A stretch of DNA of 64,000 nucleotides from Macrostomum lignano (lineage: Eukaryota), in assembly GCA_002269645.1 (NCBI GenBank), contig NIVC01000131.1:62001-126000 (forward strand), written 5' to 3'. Positions within the stretch are counted from its first letter, which is position 1. Every line of letters begins with the position of its first letter. Positions 11,160 through 23,650 of the stretch are shown here, in pieces. Under the pieces are notes generated by a model, which ran no database searches, had not been told where the DNA came from, and saw only the letters and a list, made by a program, of their open reading frames with translations. Position numbers and translations under genes: made by a program.

Positions 11160-12380
11160 TGGGGACATTGATTTAGAGCTGGTCTGCGCCTACCTGAATG
11201 GGCGGTGCACCAGGGTCCCCTACAGAGGCGCCGCCTCCTCGAGGATCCTCAAAGCTGATGTCCCCCAGGGCGGCGTCCTCTTGCCCCTGCTCTTCGCCTT
11301 CTATATTTAGCTGATATCCCGCACCCCCTGCTGCACGAAATCACGATCTGCACCCGCGGCCCGCTTATCTCAACAGCCTTGACCTGATCAACCAATTCCT
11401 TGCTTCGAAAGACCTGCCGCTATCACCGAAGACCAAATGGACCGCCCTCTGTTTATCACCTGTAACCATGAATTCAAGGCGACTCCAGCTGTCTTCCTTT
11501 CCGTGACCCCAGTCCCGCCATTAAGCCAAAGCTTTAAACAGCAAAATCCGCTCAAATAACAACATCCTCAAAGCGCTCACCGGCAAATCCTGAGGGCAAG
11601 ATAAAAGAGATCCTCAGTTACCTACAAAGCTATCTCTCACTCAGTTCTCAACACTGCGCTCCAGTGTGGCCTCTCTGAATCAAGAATCGCCCTCCAACAC
11701 CACATCAGGAATCGCCCTCCAACACCACATCAGGAATCGCCCTCCAACACCACATCAGGAATCGCCCTCCAACACCACATCAGGAATCGCCCTCCAACAC
11801 CACATCAGGAATCGCCCTCCAACACCACATCAGGAATCGCCCTCCAACACCACATCAGGAGTCGCCCTCCAACACCACATCAGGAGTCGCCCTCCAACAC
11901 CACATCAGGAATCGCCCTCCAACACCACATCAGGAATCGCCCTCCAACACCACATCAGGAATCGCCCTCCAACACCACATCAGGAATCGCCCTCCAACAC
12001 CACATCAGGAGTCGCCCTCCAACACCACATCAGGAGTCGCCCTCCAACACCACATCAGGAATCGCCCTCCAACACCACATCAGGAATCGCCCTCCAACAC
12101 CACATCAGGAATCGCCCTCCAACACCACATCAGGAATCGCCCTCCAACACCACATCAGGAATCGCCCTCCAACACCACATCAGGAATCGCCCTCCAACAC
12201 CACATCAGGAATCGCCCTCCAACACCACATCAGGAATCGCCCTCCAACACCACATCAGGAATCGCCCTCCAACACCACATCAAGAATCGCCCTCCTGCAA
12301 AATCAAGAGTCGCACTCCAACACCAATAAAAATCACCTCTAATGGCCATCAAGAACCCAATGTCCTTGTGCTTGTGACTT
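11160..12380 (+). mobile_element. Heavily degraded non-LTR retrotransposon RT relic (I/Jockey-group-like), interrupted by a minisatellite
   Basis: Remnant motifs DVPQGGVLLPLLFAFYI, NNILKALTGKS*GQDK, TYKAI, CAPVW; many stops and frameshifts. Confidence 0.7.
11678..12295. repeat. Minisatellite, 25-bp unit ATCGCCCTCCAACACCACATCAGGA, ~24 copies
   Basis: Near-perfect tandem copies; ORF 11666..12388 is an artefact. Confidence 0.98.
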
Positions 12381-13183
12381 GCCAGTAGAGAACCCTTTGC
12401 TAACTTTAGTTAACGGTAGGTGTTAGATGTACTCGTACTTTGGTAGAAAAAGTTTTAATGTGCGCGAATTCCTACTCTAAGTACACGAGTATACGAGCTT
12501 CCTTTTTGGAAGAATTTAAGGCAGCGATCTTTACTCGTAGAAATAAGGAATTATGGCGAAAGATCCCAATATTTAATAATTATTTCAGCTTGTTTTTCTC
12601 GCCCAGCAACAGAATTTATCGGCTGGTGCGGTTATGACTAAATTATATTGATACAAGGATTGATACATGATAGTTACATGTAATTATGCTTCTGACTGCT
12701 TATGTAGGGCTCTCTGTTGAGTCTAAAATAGCAGCAGCACAGCGTATATCAGAAGTGACGCTGCTTAAGCAACAAAATGTCGAATTAATCAACGCAAAAA
12801 ATCCGCTTCGTTTGCTTACATTGTTGCTGGTTTTACAAATTTGTTTTACAAACAGTTGGAATCAATTTTCTTACAGGACATTGGTGTTAGCTTGAATAAA
12901 ATAATTATCAGAGTTGTTGGTTTTTGATACCATACCGAATTAAATAATAACTCGAGAAGGAGGATCGCTGGGTGTTAAAACACATTTCGATCGGCCTGCA
13001 AGATGTAATCTGCCGGCTATTAGTACATTCTACAGTCTGGTTTTCATCGTTTTTTTGTCGCATTATAAATGCGACAGTTTCCAAATCGAATACACGTAAG
13101 AGCGCAGAGAGCAGGCGAAGTAAAATTCATCTCCTTCGGAGGGGGGATGTTGGTTCGGGGCTCGCGCTGGTCAATCCGCGGGT

Positions 13184-14110
13184 TTAAAGCACCTGCCTCT
13201 CCTTGGCCATGACTGGCCGGGGCAGAGCGGCCGCCAGCTGGCCATAGCTGGACTTGGCCTTCTCGTACAGCACAAACATGAGGATGTTCCAGCCGGCGAT
13301 GCGGGCGAAGCTCGGTATGAAGCCTTTGTAGAAGCCGCGCAGGCCGCTCTGCTGGTAGAGGCCGCGGGCGACGCTGACGACTCCGGCGCGCTCCTCCGGC
13401 CTGGCGCTCATCAGGCGGGTCTTCACCACGTCGACCGGGGAGGCGACCAGAGTGGCGATGAAGCCACTGCACAGGCCGGCTAGGAAGTGCGTGCCGACAG
13501 CGTTCGGCATGCCCAGGCGGGCCACCAGGTAGGTCTTGATGGTGTCGTAGGACACGACCTCGGCGCAGTTGACGATGGCGTTGCGCGCGACGCTGGGCCC
13601 GGTGCCCTTCCATAGGCCGGCGAGGCCCTCGGTGCGCCAGATGGTTGAATAGGCAGCGGCGCAGCTCGGGTAGCGGCCGGCGGAGCCTTGCATGCGCACC
13701 TTGACCACGTCGGTTGGCTGGGCGGCGCACACGGCCATGGCGCCGGTGGTTATGCCGGCCAGCAGGCGGACGGCCATGAGAGTGGCCGGGCCGGCGCCGG
13801 CGGCGGTGAGGCCCAGCCTGTCCATGTACAGCTGCTTCACCGGCTCGTAGAAGCCGATGCGGATTGAGGCGAAGGCGAACTGGCGCTGCAGGCCGGCGTT
13901 GAGGCCGCCGTACAGGCGGGCGGCGCCCTCGTTCGAGACGATGTTGCGGAAGGTGCCAACGATGGATGAACTGCTGGCTGCGGCAGCGGCGCCGCCGGCG
14001 GCCATCTGCATGCGCACCTTGACCGTGTCCATGGGGAAGGTCAGGGCGTCGGCCACGCAGGCGCAGCTGCCGGCAAGTAGGAGCTTGGTGACTGGGCTGG
14101 GTTCTGCCAT
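13184..14110 (-). CDS. Mitochondrial uncoupling-protein-like carrier (SLC25; UCP2/3-like), 308 aa, intronless
   Basis: Three carrier motifs PMDTVKVR, PTDVVKVR, PVDVVKTR; UCP-like segments LYGGLNAGLQRQFAFASIRIGFYE, ARNAIVNCAEVVSYD, FYKGFIPSFARIAGWN. Confidence 0.92.
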   Translation of the reverse strand: MAEPSPVTKLLLAGSCACVADALTFPMDTVKVRMQMAAGGAAAAASSSSIVGTFRNIVSNEGAARLYGGLNAGLQRQFAFASIRIGFYEPVKQLYMDRLGLTAAGAGPATLMAVRLLAGITTGAMAVCAAQPTDVVKVRMQGSAGRYPSCAAAYSTIWRTEGLAGLWKGTGPSVARNAIVNCAEVVSYDTIKTYLVARLGMPNAVGTHFLAGLCSGFIATLVASPVDVVKTRLMSARPEERAGVVSVARGLYQQSGLRGFYKGFIPSFARIAGWNILMFVLYEKAKSSYGQLAAALPRPVMAKERQVL

Positions 14111-14340
14111 TTCTTCTATTAAATTAAGGGGCGTATCTTACTACGTTAAACTATAAGTTAAGTTACTAATAAAACGTTATTAATATTACTAGCTACTACA
14201 CGTTAGTAAATACTACTACTATGGGGGGATTTGGGGGGATGGGAGTTGTTGGCTTGGCGCCGAGACCACTCGGCCAGCATTCGACTGTGCCGCTACTGTA
14301 AAAAGACGCACGTAAAGAAGAGGGGGCTGACAGCGGTCTA

Positions 14341-14347
14341 TTTTATA
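14341..14347 (-). promoter_or_regulatory. Possible TATA box for the UCP-like gene
   Basis: TATAAAA on the minus strand, ~230 bp upstream of the ATG, in otherwise GC-moderate sequence; motif only. Confidence 0.3.
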
Positions 14348-15724
14348 GTAGGCCCTGATCCGATGTACACTGAATAAATGCTGCTAAGTACACTGGCGCC
14401 CAAACACCCGCAGTGCCCGCACCCCTATTTTGGATACACTGGAGCGGAGGGTGAGATTTGGAAGGTCCAACTCCAAAGTACCAAAGCTCCTCTTTCCTCG
14501 CACTGCCCCCCCCCCACGGTTTTCCTTTCCCTGTCGGCTTTATTTGTCTCTTTTACCAAGGCAAGCGAGCTATAGTGAAGGAGATCGAAATCTAGAATTT
14601 GGAACTGGAAACAATGAGCAAGCTATTTATTAAGTTTAAACGAATCGAAAATTTATGCCAATGATTATATGAACAAAACAAGCCTGTGTTTCTTATTTTA
14701 TATGGTAGACGAACATGTCGTTTCATTTCATCAGACTTCAGCAGGCCTTTAGATTGGAGTTTAACTTCAATTTCTGGATCAAAGTTCTCCTTGGCTCAGG
14801 AGGGTGAGAAAGGCAGGCAGGACAGAACCGGAGCAGACTGGATTTCAGGCCCAACCACACCCCCTTCCTTATCTCTCCACCCCTCCCCCCCACCCCACCA
14901 AGTTCTTTCTCAAACCCCTCCCTAATCAAAGCCTAGTCCAAAACAGACTTCGCCCTTTTCACCGTACTGTACTGCCCGTACATGTACGCATCTCTCTTAG
15001 TGTACAAGACAGACGAGTGCGTTTTGTTCTTTTATGTCATTGGAGTTTGGGTAGCCAAAAAAAGCATCATTTTTGTTTACCTATTGTAATTAGGCGTGGA
15101 ATTTTTATACGATAATGAGTTTATAATTAGTATGATGTCTCTTAAATTGCTTAAGATTGATGCTTCTGTTTCATGAGATGACAATTGACAAGTAATGTGT
15201 GATAATGTATAGAATGGATATTTAACATTCAAGAACTTATAAAAGCTATTAGTAATTGTGAGTCAGGTTATTTTCCGCGCTGGTAAAAACCCCGCCTGTC
15301 TGCAAACAAAAAGTTTGCTGAGAAACTTTGGCGGCTCTCACCTGTCTTTCTGCTACGGTGCTAGTGCTTTGCCACTGCTACCTGCCACGATTGTCTTGCT
15401 GCTAGTCTAGGGGGTGTGGCCTCGTGGGACCATATTATTGTATCTAGCGTTAAACCCAACCTTTGCATTCCACTGGATCCACACGCCTTTGCTGTTAATT
15501 TTGTTAATCAAGCAATGTTGTTTGAACACCTGTTTTGTTGACTGCGCTTACCTAGCCCTTGATAAAGATAAGGGCGAGGTATTGATACAAAATCGAGTGT
15601 TAGCCACGTGGATTCTAAATTAAATTTCATTTGGTCATGCCAATTATTAGACAAAAACAATAGCAAATGAAGGCCAGTAGGTGTCAGTGCGCTCTGCGAC
15701 TTTGACAGATTCACAATGGAATTA

Positions 15725-16960
15725 CCATTGCCACACCCCCAAATCCCAAAACAAAACCCCATTCCAACACCCAAGCACCAAAACCCCACTCCAACACGCC
15801 AAACGCCCCAAACACGCCAAACACCCAAAACCCCACTCCAACACCCCAAACACCAAAAACCCCACTCCAACACCCCAAACACCAAAACCCCACTCCAACA
15901 CCCCAAACACCAAAACCCCATTCCAACACCCCAAACACCCAAAACCCCATTGCAACACCCCAAACACCAAAACCCCACTCCAGCACGCCAAACACCCCAA
16001 ACCCCATTCCAAAACCCAAACACCAAAACCCCACTCCAACACGCCAAACGCCCCAAACACCCCAAACACCCAAAACCCCACTCCAACACCCCAAACACCA
16101 AAACCCCATTCCAACACCCAAAACCCCATTGCAACACCCCAAACACCAAAACCCCACTCCAGCACGCCAAACGCCCAAACAACCCAAACACCAAAACCCC
16201 ATTCCAACACCCCAAACACCCAAAACCCCATTGCAACACCCCAAACACCAAAACCCCACTCCAGCACGCCAAACACCCCAAACCCCATTCCAACACCCCA
16301 AACACCCAAAACCCCATTGCAACACCCCAAACACCAAAACCCCACTCCAGCACGCCAAACACCCCAAACCCCATTCCAACACCCAAACACCAAAACCCCA
16401 CTCCAGCACGCCAAACGCCCAAACACCCCAAACACCAAAACCCCATTCCAACACCCCAAACACCCAAAACCCCATTCCAACACCCCAAACACCCAAAACC
16501 CCATTGCAACACCCCAAACACCAAAACCCCACTCCAGCACGCCAAACGCCCCAAACACCAAAACTCCATTCCAACACCCCAAACACCCAAAACCCCATTG
16601 CAACACCCCAAACACCAAAACCCCACTCCAGCGCGCCAAACGCCCCAAACACCAAAACCCCATTCCAACACCCCAAACACCCAAAACCCCATTGCAACAC
16701 CCCAAACACCAAAACCCCACTCCAGCACTCCAAACACGCACGACTCCATTCCAAAGCAACAAACACCAAAAACTCCATTACAAAACCCCAAACACCAAAA
16801 ACCCCATTCAAAACCCCCCATTAAAAAACCGCAAACACCAAAAACCCCATTCAAAACCCCCCATTAAAAAACCGCAAACACCAAAAACTTCATTGCAACA
16901 CCCAAAACAATTAACATTCCAACACCCAAAACCTCATACCATCCCAACACCCCCCAACAA
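15725..16960. repeat. Complex C/A-rich low-complexity tandem repeat (CCCCAAACACCAAAACCCCACTCCAACA-type modules)
   Basis: Shuffled short modules; almost no stops in any frame, giving multiple artefactual ORFs. Confidence 0.95.
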
Positions 16961-17589
16961 CCCGCAGTACACGTAAACCACTTAAACCACCCCGAACCTC
17001 CAATTGCCATGTAAATCTCTTCTTAGATGGCTTAGAGCATTAAATTCTTATTTCATATTTTTTACTTTGTTGCATTCAGTGTCCTGGGGCCTTTTGACTT
17101 CATTATCATCTCTGTATCCTCTTTTGTTGCGAGACCCAAACGCGACGAAGAGAAGAGCAAGAAGAGACAAGAAGAGAATGATGAGAACATGGAAATTCAA
17201 ATTTATGAAAAATTTCCTTATAATCCGCTCAGTTTGAAATAATCTCACTTTTCGATTTGTCCGAGTAACTTTACAACTCTATAAAGAAAATACTTTCAAC
17301 TTCGATATCAGAGAAAGAGAAGTTACAGCATGTGCTCTTACGTTCGATAAGCATGACGCACTACATTCCATGAGCTACATGTACGACTATACATGTAACG
17401 TAAGCTGGAGGGAACTCCAAGAAGATTTGCCGCAGTACTCTAATCGAGAAGATCAAATTACTGATGACCGTCACACGCTATTTCGAACATATGAAGATTA
17501 TTGATTACGGCAGACTCGGACTGCAATCGCTGCAAAATAGGCCGAGCCCAACTCCACATGTTGGACAACAACGGGGATCGATCTGAGAG

Positions 17590-17830
17590 GGCCATCAATT
17601 GGGATTTATGAGGGTGGCATCCGTTGGGATCTATTAGGGTGGCATCAGTTGGGATCTATGAGGGTGGCATCAGTTGGGATCTATGAGGGTGGCATCAGTT
17701 GGGATCTATGAGGGTGGCATCAGTTGGGATCTAGGAGGGTGGCATCAGTTGGGATCTAGGAGGGTGGCATCAGTTGGGATCTAGGAGGGTGGCATCAGTT
17801 GGGAATCTGGGAAGGCGGCGTACATGCAAG
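17590..17830. repeat. Minisatellite, 25-bp unit GAGGGTGGCATCAGTTGGGATCTAT, ~9 copies
   Basis: Seen directly. Confidence 0.95.
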
Positions 17831-18409
17831 TTGGGATCTGGGAAATATTGTATGCTAGAAGTTAAAATTTAAAAGACGACAACGCTCGTAGATAAAATGG
17901 TACTAAATATAGCTTTTCAGTACGCTAACTTCGAGGCCGTCAGTCACTTGAGGTAGATAGAACTCGTACATATCAGCACAATAATCTATGCTGCAGGAAG
18001 GATGCAAAGAACTAGATGCACTTCACATTGGTTTGCGCACTGGCTGCTGGTCAGTTGTTGGGATTTGTACTTTACGCTGGCTCTGTTCATCTCAGCTTCT
18101 CAAGTCAGCTGACCCAAATTAGTGGGCGAAGAAATGCTGTTGCACTTAAAATTAGCGCAAATTGTATAGAAGCTACTGATAGTAGCTGTAAAGTAAAAAT
18201 ATGCATTTTCATTTTGATTTGAACGCCCGGCAATGGTTTAGATTCACTTCAGCTTGGTATTATAGATACATGTACTCGTAGAGTGGATCAGTGGATCAGA
18301 GATATTTTAATTGGATTTGTGAGGTTACTTGTAGTCTGGGTTTCATGGTCGCAGCGGAGAGCACGTGGGACCACAGATACTATAAACACTTTATAGTATC
18401 TGTGCGTGG

Positions 18410-18800
18410 GACTATGTCCAGCTGGTCTTGGAGGGTAAAGACACAATGTCCGGCTGGTCTTAGAGGGTAAAAGGCACAATGTCCGGCTGGTCTTGGAGGG
18501 TAAAGGCACAATGTCCGGCTGGTCTTGGAGGGTAAAGGCACAATATCCGGCTGGTCTTGGAGGGTAAAGGCACAATATCCGGCTGGTCTTGGAGGGTAAA
18601 GGCACAATGTCCGGCTGGTCTTGGAGGGTAAAGGCACAATGTCCGGCTGGTCTTGGAGGGTAAAGGCACAATATCCGGCTGGTCTTGGAGGGTAAAGGCA
18701 CAATGTCCGGCTGGTCTTGGAGGGTAAAGGCACAATGTCCGGTTGGTCTCTGAGGGTAAAGGCACAATTCCCGGATGGTCTTGGAGGGCAAAGACAATGT
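18410..18800. repeat. Minisatellite, 32-bp unit GTCCGGCTGGTCTTGGAGGGTAAAGGCACAAT, ~12 copies
   Basis: Seen directly. Confidence 0.96.
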
Positions 18801-19179
18801 CTAAACATCATTAAAAAAGTGACACTGTTGTAATAAATGAAACATATTTCATAAATCAGTCAGGTATAAAAATCGTAGGTGATTAATAGCAGTTTATAAA
18901 TCAGGCATTTTATTAATCACACATGGATTACGTGGCAATCAGTGTTCTCAAACTGAAAAGAAACAAATGATACAAAACACAATGGCAGTGATTTTATAGA
19001 AAGCAAAAAACAATACAGCTGACAGCTGAAAGAATCCAATAATAAATGCTACTAAAAGAAACACAAGCAAAAAACACTCTTTAGCTAAAAAAGCAGAAAA
19101 ACAGACTTGTGGAATAAAAAAATTGAAGCAGATTGACTCAATGATCGAATGCATTAAACAAGCTCGTACAGTCATGCAG

Positions 19180-22100
19180 TTAAAAACAGCCGCCTTCGGG
19201 ATGCTGGGCACACAGGGCAGACGTCACCAAGTTGAGGCAGAGCTGCAGTCGGTTGCGCAGCTCGGGCGGCGGCGGTTCACCAGCGCCCGCGGCGTCGGAG
19301 TTGAAGGCGAAGACGCGCACGGGGGAGCTGCTCCCGTTGGGCGGCATCAGAGTGACGGACTCGGTGCTGGGACAGAGCACCAGCTTCACGTGGTCCCGGA
19401 AGTTCACCTTGACGTGGCCAAACAGGTAGTTGGGTAACTGGCATTAGCTGAGCTACTAATGAAATTTTAGCTGACCTTGTATTGTACCGAGTGGGATACA
19501 GAGTGGCGCCGCATTGAGCTGGCTGGGATACAGAGTGGCGCCGCATTGAGCTGGCTGGGATACAGAGTGGCGCCTCATTGAACTGGCTGGGATACAGAGT
19601 GGCGCCTCATTGAACTGGCTGGGATACAGAGTGGCGTCTCATTGAACTGGCTGGGATACAGAGTGGCGCCTCATTAAACTGGCTGGGATACAGAGTGGCG
19701 CCTCATTGAGCTGGCTGGGATACAGAGTGGCGCCTCATTGAGCTGGCTGGGATACAGAGTGGCGCCTCATTTAACTGGCTGGGATACAGAGTGGCGCCTC
19801 ATTGAACTGGCTGGGATACAGAGTGGCGCCTCATTGAACTGGCTGGGATACAGAGTGGCGTCTCATTGAACTGGCTGGGATACAGAGTGGCGCCTCATTG
19901 AACTGGCTGGGATACAGAGTGGCGCCTCATTAAACTGGCTGGGATACAGAGTGGCGTCTCATTGAACTGGCTGGGATACAGAGTGGCGTCTCATTGAACT
20001 GGCTGGGATACAGAGTGGCGCCTCATTAAACTGGCTGGGATACAGAGTGGCGCCTCATTGAGCTGGCTGGGATACAGAGTGGCGCCTCATTGAGCTGGCT
20101 GGGATACAGAGTGGCGCCTCATTAAACTGGCTGGGATACAGAGTGGCGCCTCATTGAACTGGCTGGGATACAGAGTGGCGCCTCATTTAACTGGCTGGGA
20201 TACAGAGTGGCGCCTCATTGAACTGGCTGGGATACAGAGTGGCGCCTCATTGAACTGGCTGGGATACAGAGTGGCGCCTCATTGAACTGGCTGGGATACA
20301 GAGTGGCGTCTCATTGAACTGGCTGGGATACAGAGTGGCGTCTCATTGAACTGGCTGGGATACAGAGTGGCGCCTCATTGAACTGGCTGGGATACAGAGT
20401 GGCGCCTCATTGAACTGGCTGGGATACAGAGGGCGCCTCATTGAACTGGCTGGGATACAGAGGGCGCCTCATTGAACTGGCTGGGATACAGAGTGGCGCC
20501 TCATTAAACTGGCTGGGATACAGAGTGGCGCCTCATTGAACTGGCTGGGATACAGAGTGGCGTCTCATTGAACTGGCTGGGATACAGAGTGGCGCCTCAT
20601 TGAACTGGCTGGGATACAGAGTGGCGTCTCATTGAACTGGCTGGGATACAGAGTGGCGCCTCATTGAACTGGCTGGGATACAGAGTGGCGCCTCATTAAA
20701 CTGGCTGGGATACAGAGTGGCGTCTCATTGAACTGGCTGGGATACAGAGTGGCGTCTCATTGAACTGGCTGGGATACAGAGTGGCGTCTCATTGAACTGG
20801 CTGGGATACAGAGTGGCGCCTCATTGAACTGGCTGGGATACAGAGTGGCGCCTCATTAAACTGGCTGGGATACAGAGTGGCGCCTCATTGAACTGGCTGG
20901 GATACAGAGTGGCGTCTCATTGAACTGGCTGGGATACAGAGTGGCGCCTCATTGAGCTGGCTGGGATACAGAGGGCGCCTCATTGAACTGGCTGGGATAC
21001 AGAGTGGCGCCTCATTGAACTGGCTGGGATACAGAGTGGCACGCACAAGGACACAGGCTTATAAATACGAATCTCCCTTTCTCTCTCTCTCTCTCTCTCT
21101 CTCACCTGCACGAGCCCATTAGACAGTGCAAACACGGTGCCTCCACTATTGGCCTCGGGCCGGTGGCTCCAGTGCGTGACTGCTGGCACCCGGGCTGCCG
21201 GTGGCGGCCCACCGACATCGGCTCGGCCGCCAGCCAGGCCCAGGTTGAGGCGCATGTACGCGGCCAGCTGGTCCAGCAGGCAGACCCGGCCGGCCAGTTC
21301 AGCGCAGTCGGCTGACAGAAGCCGCTCCCGACCGTCGGCATCGTAGAACTGCACGCAGCCTGGCGCGGACTGGGCCCGAACTAGGCTGCTGGCATCGTTA
21401 AATCTGGCGCCTACGGAGCCGTCGCTGAGCTCGTAGGCGAAGCCGTAGCCCTGCGGCAGGCAGTCCATCCAGCGGGCTACCCAAAGAGGCGCCGCCAGAT
21501 CCGGAGCTTCCGTAGGCGTCGAGGCCAGAGCGACTCGAAGCAGGTCGGCAGCCGCCGCCCGAGCCTCGGCAGCTGACTGTGGCGCCACCAGATAGCGACT
21601 GTGATCGCCGGGCGCTAGCGGCGGTCGCTCGCAGATGACGGAAGCGGCGCCTTCTCGATCAACGGCGACACCGCCATCAACTCCGGCAGCGTCGACAGCA
21701 GCATCAACATCAGCTGTCTGTACTTTTGGAATCGAAACGGAAATTTTATCAGCAGGCGGCTGTTGCTTAGCTCGGTTAGCATTGCTATTAGTATTATTGC
21801 TGTTGTTGTTAACGTTGCCAGTCTGCAGGCAGCCTAATGGCTTCCTTGGGCATTTGAGCTGAGGCGCCTGACGCGGCGGCGGCATCGGTGGAGGCATCGG
21901 TGGAGGCATCAGCCGGTCGAGCCGGGGCTGCTGGCTGAGACAGGACTCCGGCAGGGTGAGCAGCTGCGGCTCCAATCGGAAGAACTGATCCCGCAGTACC
22001 TCGGCCATGCCGGGCCGCTGCTCGGGATTCTGGCACAGCAGCCGGCCAAGAAACGCCCGCGTCACCGGGCACAGGGCCGCAGGCGGGCGCCATGGCGAGT

Positions 22101-23309
22101 CGCGGATGCTGCGCAGAGTGGCTTCCATTGTAGCTGCTCGAACTGGCGGCCGGCCAGTCAGCAGGGTGACCAGCACGCAGCCGAGGCTCCAGACGTCGGC
22201 GCCGAAGCCATGTCCGGCGGCGGTCCTGTCCAGCACCTCTGGCGCCATGTACTGCACAGTGCCGCAGCGGGTGCGCCGCCTGCTAGCGTCAGCGGCGCGA
22301 CTGAGCCGAGCGGCCAAGCCAAAATCGGTGAGCTTGGCCACCATGCCTTTGGCTAGCAGGATATTGTCCAGTTTGATGTCGCGGTGAATCTGGTCGAATA
22401 CAATTGTAATATAGTACTTTGATATGTGTCATTATAATACACGAGTGCATAACACTTTATATTGCCTCCATTTTTCACCTCGCCACTGTCAATTCTGCAA
22501 TTAATTTACAAATCCATCTACAACTTTGGGCTTATGAAATTAAAGCAAAACAATATGAAAAGGAACCTTTCCCTACACAAGTATATAAAATACAACAAAT
22601 TAATAACATGCTGTGCATGCTAAATCAAAAAAGGAATAGTAAATCTTCGCTGCCCCAGATCAAATGCAATAATTGATTTTGTGATGAAAAAATGATTAGT
22701 TTTTCTAGGAAATTGGCCTCCAAAAAATAACACGATCTTTGAGTTCTACGTCCTATTATACTATAGTGGTCCTTGGCTCAAAGACACCGAAATGGCACAA
22801 AGAAAACAACACCAACTCACCACGCCATTCTCGTGCAGGTAGCAGCAGGCCTCGGCAACCCGACGGCACAGGTGCTGCGCCTCCGGCAGAGTGAGCACCC
22901 GCCTACGCCGCAGCATAGCAGCCAGAGAGTGGTGCTGGCACAGCTCCAGCACCAGATAGTGCCGAGCAGAGTCGGACTGGTGCCAAAGCAGCCGGACAAT
23001 GTTCGGGTGCTTCAGGCTGGAGTGAATCTCCAGCTCGTGACGCAGTCGATCAGCCAGGTAGGGCGTCCGGATGCTGGCCTTCGTGATCACCTTCACGGCC
23101 ACCTCGCTGCTGCCGCCGTCTTCGAAGGCAAATTTGTGGCAGGTGGCGAAGCCGCCCCGACCGAGCAGTTGCTGCCAAATCAGATGACGGCCGCTGGCCG
23201 GGTGCACCAGCTGCTTGGGACAGATTTCTGCGGGCCCGCTGGCCGCTGGGGCCGCCGCTTCATCCGGCGCTACCTGACGGCGCTTTGATTTGGTGTCACC
23301 TGCCGGCCG
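19180..23309 (-). CDS. Polo-like kinase (PLK1-like, divergent), ~670 aa
   Basis: Exons 23309-22821, 22389-21106, 19407-19180, all phase 0; possible 12-nt first exon 23915-23904. Kinase motifs GRGGFATC, VAVK, HRDIKLDN, DFG, RRRTRCGTVQYMAPE; linker RKPL (D-box-like); polo boxes LWVARWMDC..GYGFAYELSDGSVGARFND and VQ|VNFRDHVKLVLCP. Confidence 0.92.
19490..21040. repeat. Minisatellite, 32-bp unit GATACAGAGTGGCGCCTCATTGAACTGGCTGG, ~47 copies, filling the last PLK intron
   Basis: Period 32 measured (19561 to 19593). Confidence 0.98.
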
Positions 23310-23369
23310 CTGGAATTAACATTTTTAGTTGGCTACATATGGGACAGGTGCTGACAGCTTTACATTAGT

Positions 23370-23650
23370 TGCTATGGGATTTTCAGATTCGCCTTGTTTG
23401 CTATGGAAGTGACAGCTTAATCTTGGTTGCTAGGGTAGTGACAACTTGCCCTTAGTTGCTATGGTGGTGGTGACAGCTTAACCTTAGTTGCTATGGTGGT
23501 GACAGCTTAACCTTGGTTGCTAGGTTACTGACAACTTGCCCTTAGTTGCTTTGGTAGTTACAGCTTCACATTGATTGCTATGGCACTGACAGCTTGTCCT
23601 TAGTTGCTATGGAAGTGACAGCTTTTCCGTAGTTGCTATGGTAATGCGTC
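23370..23650. repeat. Degenerate ~30-bp repeat (CTTAGTTGCTATGGTGGTGACAGCTT) upstream of the PLK 23309 exon
   Basis: About 8 diverged copies. Confidence 0.8.

Noticed and set aside
11666-12388. 240-aa repetitive ORF; likewise ORFs at 18288-18811, 24385-24884, 26677-27298, 27532-28334, 31789-32284, 57700-58379 and 61979-62315
   Set aside because: Translations of minisatellites, mostly intronic.
15725-16960. Telomeric repeat
   Set aside because: T/G-rich on the minus strand but irregular and not TTAGGG.
15508-16976. Six long overlapping ORFs (231-448 aa)
   Set aside because: They arise from a stop-poor low-complexity repeat open on both strands; no domain content.
17461-17490. CTGATGA as a second hammerhead core
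   Set aside because: No stem II followed by GAAA, and no stem I.
19490-21040. Regular ~32-bp arrays as possible CRISPR arrays
   Set aside because: No unique spacers, no cas genes, eukaryotic intronic context.
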